From: an uncultured bacterium
Lineage (GTDB): Bacteria; Krumholzibacteriota; Krumholzibacteriia; JACNKJ01
DNA: 64,000 nt
Assembly: GCA_963695095.1 (NCBI GenBank)
Contig: CAVOFT010000001.1
Coordinates: 3,296,001-3,360,000 of the forward strand
Reading direction: 5' to 3'
Position 1 is the first letter of the stretch; every line of letters starts with the position of its first letter. This document shows, in pieces, positions 24,210 through 33,373 of the stretch. The translations under genes were made by a program, and so were the position numbers. The notes beneath the pieces are model-generated. The model saw nothing but the letters and a program-made list of their open reading frames with translations. It was not told the DNA's origin and made no database searches.

Positions 24210-26118
24210 CTAGCGCTTGCCGAGCTTGCGCGGCCAGTAGGTGTCCTCGACCTCGCCCGCGGGCAGGCGCTTGCCGGGGTCGGCGATCGCCGCGCGCATC
24301 GCCGTGTCCCGCGCCGGATCGAGGTACCAGTAGGTCTGGATGGCCAGGTAGTCGCCGGTGCGCCCGATGTAGCCTTCCGGATAGCCGAACTTGTTCCAGA
24401 AGACGAGGCGCTGGAAGGGGCCGTACCAGGCCAGCGCGTAGGGGCAGATCTCCGACAGGCGGCGGTCGATCTTCTGGATCAAGGCCTCGCGCTTGGCCTG
24501 GTCGTACTCGTGGTCGTAGATCAGGGCCAGCGAGTCGATGAAGGCGTCCTTGACGCCGGTGATGTTGGTCGAGGGCGTCTGGTCCGCCACGCTCGAGTGG
24601 AAGGTGCTGTTCGGGTTGGGCCAGAACAGCCCGCCCCAGCTCTGGAAGGCGAGCTTGAAGTTGTGCTCCATGTTGTTCTGGAACTGCGTGGTGGCCGTCA
24701 GCTGCTTGAGGTTGAGCTTGATGCCCGCCTTCTGCAGGTCCTCCTGCAGCACCGTGTGGATGCGCTCCCAGCTCGGGCTGTCGAAGGTGAGCGTGAGCTC
24801 GATGATGCGGCCCTTGCCGTCCTGCCAGCCAGCCCTCGGCGTTGCGCTTCTTGTAGCCGGCCGCGGCGAGCAGCTGCTTGGCCCGCTCGGGGTCGTACTC
24901 GTACTTCACGTTGTTCGGGTTCTCGTACACGCTGGCCGGGAAGTAGGTGTAGAGCTTCTCGTACTCGTTGAAGAAGAGCTTGTCGATGAGCTTGTCGCGG
25001 TCGTAGAGGTGGGCGAAGGCCTCGCGCACGCGGCTGTCGTCGAAGGGCCACTCGCGCATGTTGAAGGCCAGGCCCGCCACGCCCTGCACGTTCTCGTTGT
25101 AGATCTTCCGCTTCAGGCAGATGCCGCGCTCGATCTCGTCGTAGTTGAACTCGTTCACCCACCAGCTCGCGCGGCTGACCGGATAGACGTCCAGCTCGCC
25201 CTTCTTGAACTTCTCGAGCCAGAGCCGCTCGTCCATGATGACGAGCCACTCGATCTCGTCGAAGTTGTAGAGGCCGACGTTCTCGGGCAGCTTCGCTCCC
25301 CACCAGTCCGGCCGCCGCGTGAGCCGGAGGCTGCGGCCGTTGTCGATGTTCGCCGTCTCCAGCGCGTAGGGGCCGGTGCCGGGCAGGGGCGTGTACTGGA
25401 GCTTCTCGAGGTACTCGCCTCCGGTCATCCCCCCGATGACGTGGGCCGGCAGCACGCGCATCGAGATGCCGAAGTAGAGGAAGTGCCGCCAGTTCTCCTC
25501 CGTGGTCGTGACGTGGAAGAGATAGGGGCTCTCCGCCACCGGCTCCGTGAACTTGCCGTAGAGGATGTTCGTGTAGGGCATCAGGATGCCCTCGTCGTTG
25601 AGCAGGCGCCAGGTGGCGACGACGTCGTCGGCGGTGACGGGCGCGCCGTCGGACCAGCGCGCGGCCGGATTGAGGCGGAAGCTGAAGGTCATCTTGTCGG
25701 CGGAGAGCTTCCAGTGCGTGGCCAGCACGGGCACGATCTCGAGCGTGTTGCCGTCGAGCGTGAGCAGGTTCTCGTAGAGCAGGCCCGCCACGGCGCTGAT
25801 GAAGACGTTGTTGGAGTCCTTGCCCACGGTGCGCAGGGTGGCCGGGAACTCCTGCATCGCCATGCGCAGGCGGCCGCCCTTGACGGCCGCGGGGTTGCCG
25901 CTCACCGTGGCCTTGGCCGTCTGCCAGCCGGCCTCGGGATGCGCCGTCGCCCAGGCATCGAAGCCGGGACCGCCGAGCTCGGCCGGCACGCCGGGCACCC
26001 CGGGCGTGACCGCGGCGGCGCTGTCGCTCACCGTCGCTTCGCGCTCCGAGCGGCGGCCGCAGCCGGCGGTCGCCAGCAGGGCGGGGATCAGGACCAGGGC
26101 GAGCAGTCGCAGCTTCAT
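24210..26118 (-). CDS. ABC peptide-binding lipoprotein, SBP family 5 (YejA-like; frameshift near 24825)
   Basis: Lipobox TAGC, AVKGGRL, ARWSDGAPVTADDV, GTGPY, YNFDEI, PFDDSRVREAF. Confidence 0.88.
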
Positions 26119-26234
26119 CGATGCGGAACCTCCTGCTAGGATGGCAGTGCCTGAATCTACGGGAAGCGCGGGGACAGGTCAAATGGACCAGAGGGCCGAG
26201 TGCAGGCCCTACGCGCGGCCCCCGGGAGGAGACC

Positions 26235-26868
26235 ATGGATTTCGCCCACGCGCGGCGGCGGATGGTGGACGAACAGCTCATCCGGCGCGGCCTCGCGGAC
26301 CCCCGCGTGCTGGCCGCCATGGCCGAGCTGCCCCGCCACGCCTTCGTCCCCGCCGACTGGCAGGACCAGGCCTACGCGGACAGCCCCCTGCCCCTGGGCC
26401 CCGAGCAGACGATCAGCCAGCCCTACATCGTGGGCCTGATGCTGGAGAAGGCCGAGCTGGCGGCGGGTGAGCGCGTGCTGGAAGTGGGCACGGGCTCCGG
26501 CTACCAGGCCGCCCTGCTGGCCGAACTCGGCGCCGAAACCTACAGCATCGAGCTGGATCCGGCCCTGGCCGCGCGCGCCGCGCGGGCCCTCGCCGCGGCG
26601 GGCTACCCGGACGTCCACCTGCGCGTCGGCGACGGCCGCGCCGGCTGGCCCGAGGCCGCGCCCTTCGCCGCCATCCTGGTCAGCGCCGCGGCCGGCGCGG
26701 TGCCGCCCGCGCTCGTCGATCAGCTGGCCGAGGGTGGCCGCCTGCTCATCCCCATCGGGCCGCGCGTCGAGGAGCGAGGAGCCACAGGAGCTGCTGCGCA
26801 TCCGCAAGCTGGAGGGCCGGGCGCACACGGAGCGGCTCCTGGCCGTGCGCTTCGTGCCCCTGCGCTGA
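26235..26868 (+). CDS. pcm: Protein-L-isoaspartate O-methyltransferase (frameshift near 26780)
   Basis: PRHAFVP, AYADSPLPLG..QTISQPYIV, VLEVGTGSGYQAA, GDGRAGWPEAAPF, VRFVPL. Confidence 0.92.
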
Positions 26869-26892
26869 GCCCGCGCCGGCAGCCGCAGGGGC

Positions 26893-26921
26893 TTGACCGC
26901 TTCGCTATCGCGGAATATCTT
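26893..26921 (+). promoter_or_regulatory. sigma70 promoter upstream of small membrane protein/heme oxygenase
   Basis: TTGACC-17 bp-TATCTT. Confidence 0.55.
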
Positions 26922-26974
26922 GGCCATTCTTGCGCACCTGGGGCCCCTGGGCTCCGCCGGCAGGGAGGCCACCG

Positions 26975-27124
26975 ATGGCAGAGCCCGGTAGCAAGCGGGC
27001 AGGAGGGAAGCGCCGCTGGGTCGGCAGGCTCGGCGCCGCCGCCTTCCTCTTCTTCCTCATCAAGGGCCTGCTCTGGCTGCTGCTGCCCCTGGCCATCATG
27101 TTCTGGGGATACCTGGGCTTCTAA
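26975..27124 (+). CDS. Small membrane protein (49 aa)
   Basis: GGAGG RBS; MAEPGSKRAGGKRRWVGRLGAAAFLFFLIKGLLWLLLPLAIMFWGYLGF. Confidence 0.7.
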   Translation: MAEPGSKRAGGKRRWVGRLGAAAFLFFLIKGLLWLLLPLAIMFWGYLGF

Positions 27125-27135
27125 GGGAGATCGCG

Positions 27136-27755
27136 ATGACCGACGCCACCGTCATGACCCGCCTGCGCGAGGAGACGCGCGACCTGCACGCCAGCGCCGA
27201 GGGCAAGGCCTTCCAGCGCCGCATGCTGAGCGGCGAACTCAGCCGGGACGAGTATGTCGACTGGCTGGGGCAGATGCTGCTGGTCCACCGCGCGCTGGAG
27301 GCGCCCCTGCGCCGGCTCTGGGCCAGCGACCCCGCCTTCGCGCCCCTGCGCGAGGAGCAGTTCCAGGAGCCCTACCTGCTCGCCGACCTCGCCATCCTGG
27401 ACGACGATCCCGCCGGCCACGCGCCCCTGCCCGCCACGGCGGCCCTGATCGCGGAGATCGAGCGCGCCGCCGCGCGAGACGCCGCTCGCCTTGCTCGGCT
27501 TCCACTACGTGCTCGAGGGAAGCAACAACGGCAACCGCTTCATCGCCCGCCGGCTCGTGCCCGCGCTCGGCCTCGCGCCCGGCGCAGGGCGACCGCTACC
27601 TCGACCCCTATGGCGAGGCGCAGCCCGCGCTCTGGGCGCGCTTCAAGCAGGACATGGAGGCGGTCGGCTTCGCGGGCCCGCAGGCGGATCTGCTCGTGGC
27701 CGCCGCGCGGCGCATGTTCGCGGGCATCGCCGCCATCAGCGACGAACTCGCCTAG
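27136..27755 (+). CDS. Biliverdin-producing heme oxygenase (frameshifts near 27485 and 27585)
   Basis: LREETRDLH (proximal His), YVLEGSNNGNRFIARRL distal helix, WARFK, AARRMF. Confidence 0.85.
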
Positions 27756-27770
27756 CGACCGCCGCGCGCC

Positions 27771-29399
27771 TTACTTGACCAGAAGCATGGGTCTGGCGGT
27801 CGCGCCGGCTGGAGTTCCCAAGCGATAGAAATAGACGCCCGAAGGCGCGGGCTGGCCTACCGCGTCGAGGCCATCCCAGCGCAGCTCGTGGCGGCCAACG
27901 GGGTAGCTCGCCTCGGCGGCCAGCGTGCAGATCAGGCGACCGCTCACATCGAAGACGGCCAGGGTGATCGCCATCGGCTCGCCCAGGACGAAGGGAATCG
28001 CGGTACTCGGGTTGAAGGGATTGGGGTAGTTGGCCTCTAGCGTGACGCCGCGCGGCGCCGGCGCGCCGACAGCGGTCAGCGTGCACTCGGCGCCATGGTT
28101 GCCCATGAGCACGCCGCAGGCGTTGTTCTGAGGCAGGCAGGGCGAGCTGTCGGCCAAGCCAAGCGTCTCGTAGCTCGGATCGCAGAGCTGCGGGTCGACA
28201 GAGACATTGCCGTTTACACCCGTCTGATCGGCATTCTCGTACTCCCCAAACTCATTGCCGTAGATGTTTGAGCAGACCGGCCATAGCCAGCTTCCGCCCA
28301 CTGGATCGTCGCTGATGCCGTAGCCGCCATTGTTGAAGGCAATCAGGCAGTTTTCAACATCGGCGGCATTGATGCCACAGCAGCCGGCGCCGATGCCGTC
28401 GCCATGGTTATTGCCCACGATCGTCAGGTTGCGAAGCACCGGAAACGCGTCGTTCATCAACTGGATGATGCCGCCATAGGCGCTGTTGTTGCCGCGGAAG
28501 TCGCAGTTCTCGACCAGCCCGCCGGAAGGATTGCCCTGGGAGTCATAGTAGAGCGCCGCACCCCAGCGCGAGGCATAGTTGCCAACGAAGACACACTCTT
28601 GGGCTGCAAGTGTAGAGCCACGCATCGACACAGCAGCACCATCGCGCGCATCGTTTCCCGAGAAGACGCAGTTCAGCAGAGAAACCTCTGACCCGTTGGC
28701 CATGAGGCCGCCACCCGAGATGCCGGCATGATTTCCAATGAAGTGCACGCCCTCCATGCTGACCTGACTGTAGTAGACATGGATGCCGCCACCGTAGCCG
28801 TTCGATGAGTTGTTGGCCAGGATGCAGTTCCGGATCGACGTCGACGTCGCCCAGTAGAGGCCGATGCCACCCGCCGGACCCCCGATGAGGCAGCTCTCGA
28901 TGATGACGCCTTCGATGTCCGCCGAGCCGCTGACGATATCGATTCCCCCCACCGAGTTCGCTCCGGCACCTGCAATACGCACATCCCTGACCGTTAGCCC
29001 CGAGTCCTCGCACCGGATCCCGCCTCCGTTGATTTCGCTGTTCCCCCCATTGACAATCCGGAAGCCGCGAAAGAGTGCTGCGGTCGTCTCCCCAGAAGTA
29101 AGAGTGAGGGCCCGGCCTATATGTTGGCAGTCGATGGATGTGTAGGCTGCTCCATCCCGTCCGACCAGCGCAAGGTCCTTTCCCCCGAAGTCCAACTCGC
29201 GGTTCCCCGGCCCAGCGAAGGTGCCCGGCAGAGCTAGGACGGTATCTCCTGGGGCGGCAGCGTCGATCGCGGCCTGCAGTGTTGGATAGCTCCCGAACCC
29301 ATCCGGGCGCACCTCTAGAGTCGCGGCCTGGATGCCCGAGAAAATCGTTGCGAGTGTCACACCCAGGCTACAGACCAAGAAGATCGACAACTTGCGCAT
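27771..29399 (-). CDS. Secreted right-handed beta-helix (pectin-lyase/Pmp-like GGAI repeats) protein with FlgD-Ig/T9SS-like CTD
   Basis: YPTLQAAIDAA..GDTV, repeated FxGNxA..GG motifs, GNVSVDPQLC, NYPNPFNP..WDG..SGVYFYRL. Confidence 0.8.
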   Translation of the reverse strand: MRKLSIFLVCSLGVTLATIFSGIQAATLEVRPDGFGSYPTLQAAIDAAAPGDTVLALPGTFAGPGNRELDFGGKDLALVGRDGAAYTSIDCQHIGRALTLTSGETTAALFRGFRIVNGGNSEINGGGIRCEDSGLTVRDVRIAGAGANSVGGIDIVSGSADIEGVIIESCLIGGPAGGIGLYWATSTSIRNCILANNSSNGYGGGIHVYYSQVSMEGVHFIGNHAGISGGGLMANGSEVSLLNCVFSGNDARDGAAVSMRGSTLAAQECVFVGNYASRWGAALYYDSQGNPSGGLVENCDFRGNNSAYGGIIQLMNDAFPVLRNLTIVGNNHGDGIGAGCCGINAADVENCLIAFNNGGYGISDDPVGGSWLWPVCSNIYGNEFGEYENADQTGVNGNVSVDPQLCDPSYETLGLADSSPCLPQNNACGVLMGNHGAECTLTAVGAPAPRGVTLEANYPNPFNPSTAIPFVLGEPMAITLAVFDVSGRLICTLAAEASYPVGRHELRWDGLDAVGQPAPSGVYFYRLGTPAGATARPMLLVK

Positions 29400-29430
29400 T
29401 CTACCCGCCTTCGGAGTCGCGGCCGATTAG

Positions 29431-29509
29431 AGTGTACACTATGGCAATCCCAGTGACAAGCCTTGGCAGAAATCCGCCATTGAAAAAAAAATCCGCAGCC
29501 TCCTATAAC
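29431..29509. promoter_or_regulatory. Divergent promoter pair with A9 tract
   Basis: Minus: TTGTCA-17-TACACT (29459-29431). Plus: TTGAAA-18-TATAAC (29480-29509), including poly-A 29483-29491. Confidence 0.45.
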
Positions 29510-29552
29510 CTGCTCGGGGCCCCAAGGACGGGGCACAATGAGGAGGTGTGCG

Positions 29553-32500
29553 ATGCTCAGCAGAAGCGTTTACGGTGGGCTGCTTGCCGCCGCGCTGGCT
29601 ATTTTCTTGGGCGCCCGCCCTGGAATGGCCATCACGGATTGCCTGCTGCCGACCTACGGAGATGCCTACCAGTTCGACCGCGAAGGGTACTCGGAGGTGC
29701 CGGATTCGGTGCTGCCCGCCGCTTTCAACGCGGTCTTCGACCTCCACGTCTACTGGGACTGGGGAACGGAGGAGTGGTGGCCGGACGAGGAGGTCATCGC
29801 CTTCGCGAACCTGGTGATGCCGGATTCCACGGGGGCGACGACGCCTGCCGGCTCCTATGCCCACCGGACGGCGGAGATGTTCGGCGCGGACAAGAACGAC
29901 CTCTATGCGGCAATCCACTTCGAGTACACCTGGAGCGGGAGCGCCCACGATCACGGCCACTTCGACATCTTCATTCGCAATGGCGGGGGCTCCTACGCCA
30001 CGTACAGCGACGGTCATTCTGGGGCTGCAGAGCGATGAGCTGACCGCCGATCAGGTGGCGAGCGACCATTTCGCCCACGAATGGGGCCACACCTGCTACT
30101 ACTCGACCGGCGCCAGCGGCACCAATGGCTGCCCGAGCTTCGGCGAGGAGTGGGTTTCGGGCAGCTCCTGGGACCACGGCACGCACGAGTTCATGGCCAA
30201 GAGCTCGGAGTACTTCAACGGCATGGTCGCCGAGGATTGGTACGGCACCTTCTGGGAGCAGCCCTTCACCGTCGGCATCGGGCGCGAGGACTGGTACGAG
30301 ACCTGTCAGAAGGTCCCCGGGGGCGGGCATGCCAACGGCTCGGACCGCCGCTGGATCTACTTTCCTTTCAGCGCCTACCTGCAAGATCACTTCAACGACG
30401 AGGGCCTGCTCTACGACTGGATCCACTGGGACGAGACCTGCACGGATTCCTCCAACGTCGGCCCTCACGATTTCGACTACCTGGCCTACCACCTTGGCTT
30501 TGAGACATACGGCAACAGCTTCTCAGAGACCACCGGCGACGCCCGTCTCCGCGAGCTGTTCTGCGAGTATGCCCTATCGATGTGGGTGAACGCGGATCAT
30601 CTCATCGACGACAACCCGGAGGCCTCCGTGCACATGCCGCTGCACGCAGGTGCTTCGCCGCGGGATAACTTCGGCTTCTACAAGCTCAAGGACGACGGCT
30701 ACTGCCAGGACGATGCGCTGAGCCAGCCGTACTACGTCGACGTCGACGAGGACCTGACCGTCGTCGACAGTGCGCTCTACGGCTCGGACTTCGGCTGCCC
30801 GTATCAGGACCTCTTCAACTTCCGCCGCGAGCTGACCTTCGACAGCTACGCCTTCAGCATTCTGCCTTTCCGAGCCGCCGAGGCCGTGCAGGCATCGGGT
30901 CGCTGCTATGACCTCGAGGTTCGCGTAGTGCTCGAGGACAGCGTCGAGTGCTTCAACCCGGGCGAGTATCGCGAGTGGGACGAAGCCGACAACGACTACC
31001 TCCACTTCTGGGTGCTCGGCTATCCGGAGCACACGGACAGCCTGGACATCTACGGCGACGAGGCCGTGCTGGTGGACGAGGTCGCCTACAACGACAACTT
31101 CGCTGCCGGGGACACGCTGGCTTTCACGGTGCCCTGCTTCGGTAGCGCTTTCAAGGCCGTCGCACTCGTTGCATCGCTCACCGAGGTGACCGCATCCGGG
31201 GGCAAGGCCGTTGCCCATGTGATTCCGTACACCTATTCCTGCTGGGCCGAGGACAAGACCGGCGACCTGACGATCAGCTCGAACACGACCTGGGAGGTCG
31301 AGGACGGCCCTTACTGCCTGGGCGGCTTGCTGACGGTGGACGGAAGCGCGACGCTGTCGATAGATCCTGGCACCTGGATCTGGTGCGCGGATCCGGATTC
31401 GAGCGGCGTCGACGAGGTCGGCTTCGCCGTCGAAGGCCGGCTTGCGTTCAACGGCGACACCGAGGATGGCCAGGTCAATGTGGTGCCCATCCTCGATGGC
31501 TGGGATGCCATCGAGATTGCCGATGACGGCGTCCTCGAGGCCAGCTTCCTCTCGGTCAGCGGCCTCAGCGGGCTGACCTGCAAGTACACCGCGGCGAAGA
31601 TCGATCTATCGGACTGCACGATCACCCTGGGCCCCGATGCCGCCGCCACGGGCCTCGACTTCAGCGCGGCAGATACGGTGAGCATCGTCGACTGCAAGAT
31701 CCACGACGCCTCCACGGTCGTCTTGAGTGACAACGACGAGATGACGGGGTGCGAGTTGCACCAGCGCGCAGGCAGCACATGGACCGCCATCCAGATCGAC
31801 GGCGATGCTTTGCTCGATGATGTCCTCGTCTACGCCGCGCGCACGGCGATCAAGTGTCTGAGCGGAGAGGCCACGATCACGAATGTCAGCGCCAGCAGCG
31901 CGACCACCTTGAGCTGCGCCAGTTCGCCGACCTACGGCCTCGTGGTCGAGAGCGGCGCGGATGCGGACCTCGCCAACTGCACCTTCGACGCCTTCTGCAC
32001 AGCAGTTCGCCTCAACGGCTCCGGCGGTGTGTACATGCGCGATTCCGAGGTCATCGATGCGGGCGACATGGGCGTCTACATCCCCGGCAAGACGGCAACG
32101 GCGGAGCTCGGCTACATCCTGAGTCCGCCGGTCGCCGGGATGTACGGGGACAACTGCATCGACACCGCCGACTCGACGGACTACCGCGTCTACAACCGGA
32201 GCAGCTACACCGCCATGGCGGTGGGCAACTACTGGGGTACGGCGAGTCCGACCTCCGGGCTCTTCTATGGCAGCGTGGCCTGGCAAGACTCCATCGCAAC
32301 GACGTGCCCGGGCGGCACGGGCGGCCCGGACCTGAGCATCGTTGCCTTGCCGGGGGCTTCGCCGCGGGCGCTGGCCCTTGGCCAGCCGGTGCCCAATCCC
32401 TTCAATCCGAGCTGCGAGCTGAAGTTCACTCTGCCTGCGAGCGGCGCCGCTGCAACGCTGACGATCTACGATCTCAGTGGCCGGCATCTCGCCACGCTGT

Positions 32501-32646
32501 TCAGCGGGCGGGCCGATGGCCGTGAGCACAGCCTGCGCTGGGACGGTCGCGATGAGCGAGGCCATCCCGTGAGCTCGGGGGTGTACTTCGCCAAGCTGAG
32601 CATCGGCTCTGATAGCCAGAGCCGCAAACTCGTGGTCCTGAAGTAG
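29553..32646 (+). CDS. Large secreted gluzincin-like metallopeptidase / beta-helix protein with FlgD-Ig CTD (frameshift near 30010)
   Basis: GAGGAGG RBS, signal peptide, FAHEWGH plus downstream HEFMA..E, beta-helix-like region, GNYWG, PNPFNP..SGVYFAKL. Confidence 0.7.
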
Positions 32647-32657
32647 GAGGTGTGGCC

Positions 32658-33156
32658 ATGCGCAGAATCTTCGCAGTTCTCGTGACGCTGCTCGTCCCCG
32701 CGCTGGCCGGGGCGGCGGTGCTCGAGATTCCCGTCAGCACGCAGTCCGTTGGTGTGCTCAGCTACGGCGAAGGCACGCTGGAGACCTTCACCCTGAACCT
32801 GGGCGACCTCGCGGCCGAGGATCTGCTCGAGGCCTCGCTCGAGCTGCTCCTTGCACCTGAGGCCCCGCAGGGCGCCCGCTTCGTTGAGGTGCAGACAGCG
32901 GCCTGGGTGTCCGGCGCACCCGTGATGCCCGCCGGCCAAACGGAGTACGTGGCCGAGCTGGCCGCCGACCGCGACGAGGACGCCACGGTCTACCTGGACA
33001 TCACGCCGATCCTGGCCGATGCCCTGGCAGCGCGAGCAGTCCGAACCCACGCTCGTGGTGGGCGCGATCGCCGAGGACGCTCTACCGGGGGCCACGGTGA
33101 TCCCCTGGGACGGTAGCCAGGGCATCTACGGCATCGTGCGAATCCTCAGGAAGTAG
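32658..33156 (+). CDS. Small secreted hypothetical protein (frameshift near 33040)
   Basis: AGGAGG RBS next to the upstream stop; signal peptide; continues TLVVGAI..GIYGIVRILRK* in another frame. Confidence 0.55.
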
Positions 33157-33184
33157 GGCGTCAGCAGCCCGACAGCGAATCGAA

Positions 33185-33336
33185 CCCGGGAGTTGCCACG
33201 TGGCAACTCCCGGGCCTGGCATGCGTGGTGTGTGCGCTGTGACCGCCGCGGCCCGCCCTCGATGCGGCAAGGGATGCGAAGGCCCTCCCCGACAACTCCT
33301 GTGAAGCGGAGTTGGAGGGGAGGGCCTTCGCATCCC
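33185..33336. repeat. Two strong inverted repeats between convergent genes
   Basis: Perfect 30-bp palindrome 33185-33214; 20-bp perfect arms 33271-33290/33317-33336 with inner 7-bp stem. Confidence 0.85.
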
Positions 33337-33373
33337 AGGAGGTATGGTGAGCGAGCCGCAGCGGGCGCGCGCC

